64,000 nt of DNA from an uncultured bacterium (GTDB lineage Bacteria; Verrucomicrobiota; Lentisphaeria; Victivallales; UBA1829). A model generated the notes under the pieces. The model saw nothing but the letters and a program-made list of their open reading frames with translations. It had not been told where the DNA came from and did not search any database. The translations under genes and the position numbers were made by a program. The stretch spans positions 43,585-107,584 of the forward strand of contig URKJ01000008.1 in the NCBI GenBank assembly GCA_900548385.1. Reading direction: 5' to 3'. Below, piece by piece: positions 57,051 through 64,000 of this stretch (position 1 is its first letter; every line of letters begins with the position of its first letter).

Positions 57051-58291
57051 AACGGGTCCGTTATTACCCATCCCAGACGCTGGGCTGCATCGGCTGCGGC
57101 AAGTGCTGCGGCGGTTGGCCGGTTCCTGTTTCGGAAGAAGAGGTCCGGAGTATCTCCGCGTTGCCACTGACCGGACTTCCCGTACCTCCCGCACAGTGCT
57201 TTCAGCAGGAGAAGCGGGGATGGTACCTGAAAAAGCTGGATGGACATTGCATTTTTCTGGACGACGAAAAAAAATGCCGGATCCATTCGCAGTTCGGGTT
57301 TGACGCCAAGCCGTTGACCTGCCGTCTTTATCCGCTGGATGTGCGGACCTGGAGCGACGGTTCCGTTTCCGCGGCTCTCCGGTATGACTGCCCTGCCGCC
57401 GCCTGCGGACAGGGCTGTGAGCTGACGGCATGCGGACCGCGGATTCTGTCGTTTGCGCGGGAATTGGAGAAACGGCGGAAGAAACCCGCCACAGCAGATT
57501 ATTCCGAAGTGATTGCGCCGGAAGTGGAGCGTTTGCAGGAGATCGCGGATGCGTACTGCAGAATTCTGACGGAGGAATCCGTGCCGGAGAAAGTGCGGTT
57601 TTACGGTGCAGCCTGTCTGATCCATTTTCATGCGAAAGAGCAGAATTCCGATGATATTCTGGAAGCGGAAGAGTTCGGCGACGATGCGTTTGAATTTTTT
57701 TTACGGAGCGTCGAACACCTTTCCGGTTGTCTGGAGGATCCGCCGAAGATGCGGCGCGATATTCCGGTTGCGTTCCGCACCCTGTTCTGGAATTTTCTCC
57801 GGGCGGATGAATCGGTTCCGCTTGCCGGGCGGATCGCGTCAACCGTTGCCTCCCTGCGTTTTATTCTCGGCGGCGGAAGCCTGCTGCGGACGCCTGTCAA
57901 GGCGGACGTCAGTGCGAAAATGCTGTTTGCCGCGATGCGGAAATGCCGTCCGGAGCGCGGAGCGTTTCAGCCGTATCTGCAATTTTTGCGCGGAAGGCTG
58001 GAGTCGCTTCATTTCTGCGGAACTCCCGCTTGCGGGCTGACGTTTGAAGAGGGACTTCTCTATCTGCTGGCGTCGTATCCGGTGATCAATGCGCTTTCGG
58101 CGGTGTTTGCTCTTTCGCGCGGTTCGTTCCGTCAGAACGGGGAGGATGTGGCGCGGGCGGTGATTCTGCTTGACCACAGTTTTTTGCGGACCCGTCTTTA
58201 TACACTCCGTTCCATGCGGACCGCTTTACGGAAAGTCGTGTCGGAAGAGTATTTTGCGGCGTTACTGAGTCTTTGCCCGGATTCGGAGTGA
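57047..58291 (+). CDS. CxxCxxCC (YkgJ/FliB-family) metal-cluster protein, FliB-like length
   Basis: CIGCGKCCGGW, CIFLDDEKKCRIH and LTCRLYP parallel the Cys pattern of Salmonella FliB as I recall it (CSDHCCKGW, CPYLDEDRLCRV, HTCSSFP). The ATG overlaps the SixA-like stop (ATGA). 414 aa. Confidence 0.65.
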   Translation: MKRVRYYPSQTLGCIGCGKCCGGWPVPVSEEEVRSISALPLTGLPVPPAQCFQQEKRGWYLKKLDGHCIFLDDEKKCRIHSQFGFDAKPLTCRLYPLDVRTWSDGSVSAALRYDCPAAACGQGCELTACGPRILSFARELEKRRKKPATADYSEVIAPEVERLQEIADAYCRILTEESVPEKVRFYGAACLIHFHAKEQNSDDILEAEEFGDDAFEFFLRSVEHLSGCLEDPPKMRRDIPVAFRTLFWNFLRADESVPLAGRIASTVASLRFILGGGSLLRTPVKADVSAKMLFAAMRKCRPERGAFQPYLQFLRGRLESLHFCGTPACGLTFEEGLLYLLASYPVINALSAVFALSRGSFRQNGEDVARAVILLDHSFLRTRLYTLRSMRTALRKVVSEEYFAALLSLCPDSE

Positions 58292-58771
58292 AGCGGCGTC
58301 CGCATCAATCGCCTTGAGCTGATCCGCCGTCATCTTTTCCGGTCCGACGAACATCAGCGACCAGAGATGACCGTTTGCGACCAGCAGATACTGGATGATT
58401 TTTTTCCCGCTCCGGCGGTATTCCAGGCGCGCGGCGTCGAGTCCGCCGATCTTGATCGTCGTATTCCGGACTCCGCCGATGGTTTTCGGGTCGGCGGAAA
58501 GTGCGTCAAAAGTTGCCTGACGGTTGAACGCAAGATCTCCGAACGTTTCCATGGAAAGAAGGTGGGCGACGAGCGGAGTTTTGCCGGAGAGGTCTTGAAA
58601 CGCCGTCAGCTTTGTGGATCCCTGACCGATCAGACGGGTGAGGAACGTTCCGCTCTTCCAGTCACCGGATAATTTGAGTGTATATCCCTCTTTTTCCGAC
58701 CCGAAGTCCGCGGCGGAGAGAAGCGGGCAGAGCAGGGACAGGAGCAATACCGGGAACCATTTCATTGACAA
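58262..58771 (-). CDS. Secreted hypothetical protein
   Basis: Signal peptide MSMKWFPVLLLSLLCPLLSA. 169 aa. The start overlaps the pdxA stop by 10 nt. Confidence 0.6.
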   Translation of the reverse strand: MSMKWFPVLLLSLLCPLLSAADFGSEKEGYTLKLSGDWKSGTFLTRLIGQGSTKLTAFQDLSGKTPLVAHLLSMETFGDLAFNRQATFDALSADPKTIGGVRNTTIKIGGLDAARLEYRRSGKKIIQYLLVANGHLWSLMFVGPEKMTADQLKAIDADAASLRIRAKTQ

Positions 58772-59721
58772 CTTCTCCGTTTTGCATTGGCGCGTTTGAT
58801 CGCTGTGTGTATTGCGGCTTCCAGACTTCCCGTGTCGGCGACACCTTTCCAGGCAATTTCAAATGCGGTTCCGTGGTCGACGCTGGTGCGGATGATCGGC
58901 AGTCCCATCGTGGAGTTTACTCCGCGGTCGAATGCAAGCATTTTGAACGGAATGTGCCCCTGATCGTGATACATCGAGACGATGCCGTCGAATGTCTTGC
59001 GGATGGAGTCAATAAACAGCGTGTCGGATGGATAGGGACCGGAGACCTTCATTCCGCTTTCCTGAAGTTTCCGGATTGCCGGCTTGACGATCTCTTCATC
59101 CTCGCTTCCCATGTGTCCGTTTTCCCCGGCATGGGGATTGAGTCCGGCGATCGCGATGCGCGGCTGTTCGACGTCTTCCGCTTTCGCCGCTTCTTCGACC
59201 AGTCTTGCGACCTCCATGATCCGTTCCTGCGTGACGGCTGCGGATACGTCTTTCAGAGCGATATGAGTCGTGACGAAAATAACACGCAGATCGCCTGCGG
59301 ACTGCATCATCGCAAACCGGTCCGTTCCGCAGAGTTCCGCCACGAGCTCCGTATGCCCCGTAAAGGGGATTCCCGCTTCATTGATGGCGGCTTTGTTGAC
59401 AGGACAGGTTACAATCGCATCCGCTTTGCCGCCGATGACGTCCTGCGTCGCTTTTACGACCGTATGATAGGCAAGCAAGCCGGTTTCCGGCGAAAGTTTA
59501 CCGGGTGTCAGCGAGGAAAACGGAAGCGATCCTGTATTGACAATGTCCGGGGATATTTCCGGTGCGAACCGTTCCGCCGCCTTGCGGATGATCTCTTCCG
59601 GTCCGTACAGGCGGATAACCGCGGCGGAGGCGAGAGCTTCGTTCCGGAGAACACGCACCGCGATTTCCGGTCCGATCCCGGCGACGTCGCCGACGGACAG
59701 AGCAATGACAGGTCTCTGCAT
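58762..59721 (-). CDS. pdxA: 4-hydroxythreonine-4-phosphate dehydrogenase
   Basis: GLNPHAGENGHMG, MYHDQGHIPFK and IIRTSVDHGTAFEIAWKG. 319 aa. Confidence 0.93.
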   Translation of the reverse strand: MQRPVIALSVGDVAGIGPEIAVRVLRNEALASAAVIRLYGPEEIIRKAAERFAPEISPDIVNTGSLPFSSLTPGKLSPETGLLAYHTVVKATQDVIGGKADAIVTCPVNKAAINEAGIPFTGHTELVAELCGTDRFAMMQSAGDLRVIFVTTHIALKDVSAAVTQERIMEVARLVEEAAKAEDVEQPRIAIAGLNPHAGENGHMGSEDEEIVKPAIRKLQESGMKVSGPYPSDTLFIDSIRKTFDGIVSMYHDQGHIPFKMLAFDRGVNSTMGLPIIRTSVDHGTAFEIAWKGVADTGSLEAAIHTAIKRANAKRRSCQ

Positions 59722-59754
59722 AGTGACTCGGAAAAACTCTGAACGGGGAACCGT

Positions 59755-59973
59755 TCAGGAGTTTTTGGAGGCAAGATACATTGCCTTTTTTTCTTCGAGA
59801 AGGAGTCCGACCTGATCGGAATCAATGGGAGTATAGCCTTTTTCCTTCAGAAAATCAAGGAATCCAAGCCAGTCCTGATGATTCCAGTTGCCCTGATGCC
59901 GTTTGACGAAATTCATGGCGATGGGGGATCTTCTCAACTTTTTGTAGTTCGCCTCTTCTTTGGAAACTGCCAT
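59755..59973 (-). CDS. Small hypothetical protein (72 aa)
   Basis: AAGGAGG RBS precedes ATG GCA GTT (MAVSKEE...). No recognisable motif. Confidence 0.45.
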   Translation of the reverse strand: MAVSKEEANYKKLRRSPIAMNFVKRHQGNWNHQDWLGFLDFLKEKGYTPIDSDQVGLLLEEKKAMYLASKNS

Positions 59974-60123
59974 AATGGACCTCCTTAACAATAGGTTGTT
60001 GACCGCACAGCGGTTTCTTGTAATATAACAGGGAAATCCGGAAAAATCAAGCCGGATTTTCTGAATTCGTAAATTTGGCGGTATTCAACGTCCGGAAAAC
60101 ATCCGTGAGGAGGAAAAAGAAAT

Positions 60124-60163
60124 CCGGACGGACTCCGTGCCCTGGTTTGCCGGGTCCGTCCGG
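60124..60163 (-). terminator. Rho-independent terminator after the FAD-oxidoreductase gene
   Basis: 10-bp perfect stem CCGGACGGAC / GTCCGTCCGG, followed on the minus strand by ATTTCTTTTT. Confidence 0.65.
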
Positions 60164-60176
60164 GTTGTGATTGGAA

Positions 60177-61448
60177 TCAGATATGACCGTAATCTTCGCC
60201 GCGTTCACCGGAAGTTTCGCAGTCGGAAGGGATCAGAGCGTCGTCAAAATGGATCATGACGTTTTGCGAACTCTGAAGCCGCTGCAATGCGGAAACGTCG
60301 ACGGCGTCGATTCCTTTTCCGCTGTCGATTGCGAGGACGGCGGCATTTCCGGCGGCCTGTCCGCTGATGATTGCCGGAGGGATCACGCGGAGAATATCCC
60401 ATGCATAACCTTCGCCGGAGGCGCAGCGTCCGGCGGTGATCAGGTTGTCGTAACCGGAACGGGTCAGAATGCGGTAGGGCATTTCATACAGAAAATCGCG
60501 ACGCTCAAAGTCGCAGATCGCACCGATGGAGTCGTCGAAATGCCTGTAGTGGTCCTCCTCTTTGAGGGTGTAGTCGCCGTCAATGCGGCAGGTCGTGCGG
60601 AATTGCGCCATGCCGGGCAGGGTGACGATTTCACGGGAGTCTTTCGGCTGATCCTTGATTTTCCGGAAGAGTTCCTGCTGATTGCGGATCAGGAAGTCGG
60701 ATACCTGATCGGTGGACGTGCCGTTCCAGAGCGGCATTCCTTCCGGGTGACCGCCGCCGTAAAGATTGGCACTTCCGCCGCTGAATCCGGTGATCGCGTC
60801 GGCGATGTTCCGGGACTCCACTGCTTTTTGGCAGGACTCAAGCGTGATTCCTTTGCAGCAGTAAGTGTGGAAATTACCGCCGGTAACGGTCGGGACTCCG
60901 GCGCGGCGGAGAATATCGGCGTCTCCGGTGACGTCGATGATGATTTTTCCCTCGACGAACTCGCGTCCCGATTTTCCTTCCAGGATCAGCCCGCGGCAGT
61001 GTTTTCCGTCCATGACGGGGGCGGATACGATGGTGTCGAACAGAATTTCAATTCCGGCGTCCGCGAGAAAATCCAGAATGGAGATTGCGAAGATGTGAGG
61101 CGAGAAACGGGCGATGTAGCGGACATTAGTCGGTGTTGCCGGTTCGCCGTTCTGCCATTCTTCCGGGATGATCGCCCAGCCGTATTTGACGGAGAAACGG
61201 AGAAATTCTTCCGCGAGCCCGAAAATGATCTGTTTTCCGCGTCCGTTGCACATCGGAACAAACAGGTTGATGAGTCCGAGCGTGGCGAGTCCGCCGAGCA
61301 TGGTGCTTTTTTCTATGAGCAGAACTCTTTTTCCTGCTCTGCGGGCGGTGAGCGCCGCCGCGATTCCTGCGACTCCGCCGCCTGCGACCACTACGTCAAA
61401 TGAGGTTTCCCGGACCGGGATATTCTCCTGAAAAGCGATTGTTTTCAC
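60177..61448 (-). CDS. FAD-dependent oxidoreductase
   Basis: Rossmann motif FDVVVAGGGVAGIAAALTARRAGKRVLLIEK. 423 aa. Confidence 0.8.
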   Translation of the reverse strand: MKTIAFQENIPVRETSFDVVVAGGGVAGIAAALTARRAGKRVLLIEKSTMLGGLATLGLINLFVPMCNGRGKQIIFGLAEEFLRFSVKYGWAIIPEEWQNGEPATPTNVRYIARFSPHIFAISILDFLADAGIEILFDTIVSAPVMDGKHCRGLILEGKSGREFVEGKIIIDVTGDADILRRAGVPTVTGGNFHTYCCKGITLESCQKAVESRNIADAITGFSGGSANLYGGGHPEGMPLWNGTSTDQVSDFLIRNQQELFRKIKDQPKDSREIVTLPGMAQFRTTCRIDGDYTLKEEDHYRHFDDSIGAICDFERRDFLYEMPYRILTRSGYDNLITAGRCASGEGYAWDILRVIPPAIISGQAAGNAAVLAIDSGKGIDAVDVSALQRLQSSQNVMIHFDDALIPSDCETSGERGEDYGHI

Positions 61449-61576
61449 TGTTTTTCTCCTTGGTTGTTTGACAATACAATATCGTTGGTTGTCTGAAAAA
61501 TCAATCGTTTTTCAAAGTTTTTTTTATTTTTGCAAAATTGTTTTTATATGGTGAAAAACGGCAGAAAAACAGAAAT

Positions 61577-61605
61577 AAAAAAGCCGGTGATAGAAATCTC
61601 CGGCT
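61577..61605 (-). terminator. Terminator after tRNA-Thr
   Basis: Minus strand reads AGCCGG-AGATTTCTATCA-CCGGCT followed by TTTTTT. Confidence 0.55.
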
Positions 61606-61617
61606 TGAAGTTCAATA

Positions 61618-61693
61618 TGGAGCCAGTCATCGGACTTGAACCGATGACCTGCTCATTACGAATGAGCTGCTCTACCGACTGAGCTAGACTGGC
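61618..61693 (-). tRNA. tRNA-Thr (anticodon CGT), CCA encoded
   Basis: GCCAGTC/GACTGGC acceptor, GCTC-AGTCGGTA-GAGC D arm, GCTCA-TTCGTAA-TGAGC anticodon arm, ATCGG-TTCAAGT-CCGAT T arm. 76 nt. Confidence 0.9.
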
Positions 61694-61879
61694 ATCTGAA
61701 CAGCCCTTAATTTAGCGCTTTTTTCCGAAGATGCAAGCCCCGGATTCAAAAAAAACGGATATATTTTCTGAAATATTCACGCTTTCCTATTTGAAAAACG
61801 GAAAACCGATGCTAAAGTTTTATTAATTTACGTCCGCAACGTGTTTGCTTATCGTTGAAAATGAAAGGGTTAATAAAAG

Positions 61880-62344
61880 ATGAAAGCGGAATTCCTCAAG
61901 TATCTCGACACAAATTGCGTTTTGCTCCTTGAAGGTACCACAAAGAAGGCTGCTCTCGAAGAGATCATTGCGTTGGCTACAACCAGATGCACACTCGATG
62001 AATCCCAGCTTCGGGAGCTGATTTGGAAAAGAGAGAAAATGATGACAACCGGTGTCGGAAAAGGGCTTGCTCTTCCGCATATCCGTGTTCCGGGATTCCC
62101 TGTTCCTCTGGTGATCATCGGCATTTGCAAGGAACCGATCGCCGACTACAAGTCGCTTGACAGCGAGCCGATCCGCCTGATCGTCTTCATCGCTGCGGAC
62201 GAACGTGACCAGGATGCGTATATCCGCCTCCTCGGAAGTGTCTCCTCCAAACTCAAGGATCCTGCAGTTGTCAGCGAGATCTTTGAGAACATGAAGAATA
62301 AAAAGAAAGTTCTTGCCGCTCTTGCCAAAGGCGACGGGGAATAA
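61880..62344 (+). CDS. PTS EIIA type-2 domain protein (PtsN/EIIA-Ntr-like)
   Basis: GVGKGLALPHIRV phosphorylatable His context. 154 aa. No other PTS genes in the window. Confidence 0.8.
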   Translation: MKAEFLKYLDTNCVLLLEGTTKKAALEEIIALATTRCTLDESQLRELIWKREKMMTTGVGKGLALPHIRVPGFPVPLVIIGICKEPIADYKSLDSEPIRLIVFIAADERDQDAYIRLLGSVSSKLKDPAVVSEIFENMKNKKKVLAALAKGDGE

Positions 62345-62365
62345 GTCTTTTTGCGGAAAAGTCTG

Positions 62366-62393
62366 CCGTTCCGTTTCCGGAACGGAGATTTTC
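62366..62393. terminator. Terminator hairpin between convergent genes
   Basis: CCGTTCCG-TTTC-CGGAACGG, then AGATTTT on the plus strand. The flank on the minus strand is also T-rich. Confidence 0.55.
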
Positions 62394-62402
62394 CCGGATC
62401 TG

Positions 62403-62549
62403 TTACGATGCGCGGCGAGCCGGAATTCCGGTTTTCCGCTGCATTTTCCGTTTGTACTCACTCATATAAAGAGCGAGTCCGTTGAAAAACTCGGCCTTTC
62501 TCTCCGGCGAGATGATCAGCCCGGTTTTCGGGGGGACGTACTTTTTCAT
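62403..62549 (-). CDS. Small basic hypothetical protein (48 aa)
   Basis: AGGAG RBS 8 nt upstream of ATG (MKKYVPPKTGLII...). Ends just before the terminator hairpin. No recognisable motif. Confidence 0.35.
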   Translation of the reverse strand: MKKYVPPKTGLIISPERKAEFFNGLALYMSEYKRKMQRKTGIPARRAS

Positions 62550-62635
62550 AGCCCGGACTCCTTTCTTAATGTTTGGAACACCCGTATAGACAGTGCGGTC
62601 TTTGTTTTGTTCCATGCCGGTCTGCGAGGTTTTTT

Positions 62636-63733
62636 ATGAACTCTGATTCCTGTGTGTTCCGCCCGGAACTGGGAGCGATTCCCGAATTTCCCGCAGTGAG
62701 ATTTGCGGAAAGCGACTGGCGCGACGGTATTCTGGTCCGCACTCCGAACTGGCTGGGGGACGCGGTCATGGCTGTGCCCGCCATTCTTCAGCTGAAAACA
62801 GTTCTACCGCCGTATTGCGGACTGTTCGTGCTCTGCCCGAAAGGGATCGCGCCGGTTTTTGAGGCCCTGCCGTTCATTGACCGAGTGGTGGCGCTTTCCA
62901 ATCCCCATGCTTTCATGACGGCACAGGAACGGCTTTCCGTCAAACGGCTTCATGCGGGGATCGGGGTGCTGTTCAATAATTCGTTCCGCGATGCACTGGA
63001 CCTCAAACGCGCGTGGATCCCGAAGCTGTTCGGCGCGAAAGCGCGGTTCCGTTCGTTTCTTCTGGAACGCTCCTATGAGTTTCCGAAGCGGCAGGATTTC
63101 ACTCTGAACACTCCGCATCAGGCGGCGAAATATCTTGCGATCGCCCGGTCGCTCGGAGCGGAAGTCTGGAATGGCGTAATACCGGAATTCCGTGAGAATA
63201 TTCAACCGGAGACCTGCCCGCCGGAGCTGGAATCGTTCTGCCGGCGTCCGCGGATTCTGGCGATTGCCGGAGGTGCGGCGTATGGCGCGGCGAAACGCTG
63301 GCCCGCGGAATCGTTCCGCGAGATCGCGCGCCGATGGATCGCGGAAGGCGGCTGTGCCGTGGCGCTCGGCTCCAAAAGCGAACGTCCGATCGCGGAGGAT
63401 ATCCTGTCCGGGCTTCCGGCGGAACAGTGCTGGAATGCGGCGGGGAAAACGTCGATGGACGGTCTGATGTATCTGCTGAAGCATTCCGCCATGTGTGTGG
63501 CGAATGACAGCGGTGTGATGCACCTTGCCGCCGCGCTCGGTGTGCCGGGGGTTGCGCCGTTCGGGTGTACGGATCCCGCCGCAACGTCGCCGCTGTCGCC
63601 GAAATGGACGATCGCGTTTCACAAGATCGCCTGTGCTCCGTGCTTCAAACGGGTCTGTCCGAAAGGCACGAAAGAGTGTTTTGAGCGGATAACGCCGGAT
63701 GTCGTCTGGAAAATCATGAAATCGGAGTTGTGA
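62636..63733 (+). CDS. Glycosyltransferase family 9 (LPS heptosyltransferase-like)
   Basis: [18 protein letters not shown] near the N-terminus and [17 protein letters not shown] near the C-terminus. ATG at 62636 preferred over the track start at 62573. Confidence 0.82.
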   Translation: MNSDSCVFRPELGAIPEFPAVRFAESDWRDGILVRTPNWLGDAVMAVPAILQLKTVLPPYCGLFVLCPKGIAPVFEALPFIDRVVALSNPHAFMTAQERLSVKRLHAGIGVLFNNSFRDALDLKRAWIPKLFGAKARFRSFLLERSYEFPKRQDFTLNTPHQAAKYLAIARSLGAEVWNGVIPEFRENIQPETCPPELESFCRRPRILAIAGGAAYGAAKRWPAESFREIARRWIAEGGCAVALGSKSERPIAEDILSGLPAEQCWNAAGKTSMDGLMYLLKHSAMCVANDSGVMHLAAALGVPGVAPFGCTDPAATSPLSPKWTIAFHKIACAPCFKRVCPKGTKECFERITPDVVWKIMKSEL

Positions 63734-63795
63734 ATCCCTTGAATTTTTGCCGACCCGGCGGTATTGTACCGGAAAACCAAACGGGAGATAAGACC

Positions 63796-64000
63796 ATGGA
63801 CGAACAGCAGCATACCATTTCAGTTTTAGTCGCCAACAAATTCGGCGCTCTTGCACGGATCGCCGGACTTTTCAGCGGACGCGGTTATAACATTGAGTCT
63901 CTGACGGTCAACCGGACGCATGACCCGGAACTCTCCCGCATGACGATTGTCACGACCGGAAACGACGCCGTGCTGGAGCAGATCGAAAAACAGCTCAGCA
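63796..64000 (+). CDS. ilvN: Acetolactate synthase small (regulatory, ACT-domain) subunit, 3' end cut by the window edge
   Basis: Hand translation from ATG 63796 gives [52 protein letters not shown]. It is not in the ORF track because no stop falls in the window. Confidence 0.85.
   Translation, partial: MDEQQHTISVLVANKFGALARIAGLFSGRGYNIESLTVNRTHDPELSRMTIVTTGNDAVLEQIEKQLS

Noticed and set aside
56181-57842. Minus-strand 553-aa ORF spanning three plus- and minus-strand genes and an intergenic region
   Set aside because: Its composition is extremely Arg/Pro/Ser-rich. It overlaps the recognisable sulfite-reductase-like, SixA-like and CxxCxxCC genes. It is a shadow ORF.
1-64000. Search for mobile elements, integrases, toxin-antitoxin pairs, restriction-modification or other defence genes, rRNA, and CRISPR arrays
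   Set aside because: I recognised none. All long ORFs are accounted for by metabolic, regulatory, envelope or glycan-utilisation genes. No terminal inverted repeats or tRNA-flanked islands were evident next to the two tRNA genes.

Overview
This is a 64-kb chromosomal segment with GC-rich coding sequence and short AT-rich intergenic regions. I call 45 protein-coding genes and 2 tRNAs, all hand-called from the ORF track plus my own reading of both strands. Genes are cut at both window edges: a GH2-like gene at the left and ilvN at the right. I saw no rRNA, CRISPR array, IS element, integrase or phage gene. Two prepilin-type proteins carry the C-terminal H-X9-DG motif, a family typical of Planctomycetota, Verrucomicrobiota and Lentisphaerota. 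Together with the many secreted glycan-active enzymes, this suggests a PVC-superphylum, Victivallales-like organism; that is inference, not proof.

Main blocks:
- 1-11 kb: two sugar-utilisation units with LacI regulators, an H-X9-DG pseudopilin, a GH2-like enzyme and a clan GH-A-like enzyme.
- 13.4-31.3 kb: a contiguous glutamine/nitrogen block. It comprises purF-carA-pyrG-carB, a type III glutamine synthetase, a divergent gltBD, and a GAF-domain sigma-54 activator. Two textbook sigma-54 promoters sit back to back in the glnA/gltB intergenic region.
- 31.4-34.9 kb: serS, an rpiB-glyA gene fusion, and a low-molecular-weight phosphatase.
- 35.0-41.2 kb: the most unusual part, a three-gene module. 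It encodes a single-chain tandem PilU-like/PilT-like ATPase. It also encodes a 1086-aa protein combining zinc ribbons, a Pro/Ala spacer, ankyrin repeats and a degenerate GspE/PilB-like domain. The third gene is a multi-pass membrane protein. No pilin, platform or secretin genes are nearby, and the module lies divergent from a HasA/NodC-like processive GT2 synthase.
- 43-51 kb: a MerR regulator, an unknown 820-aa protein, an AraA-family isomerase, and a second cassette of regulator, H-X9-DG pseudopilin and secreted beta-helix enzyme.
- 51-64 kb: envelope and miscellaneous genes.

Long ORFs antisense to recognisable genes are common here and were rejected as GC-driven shadow ORFs.
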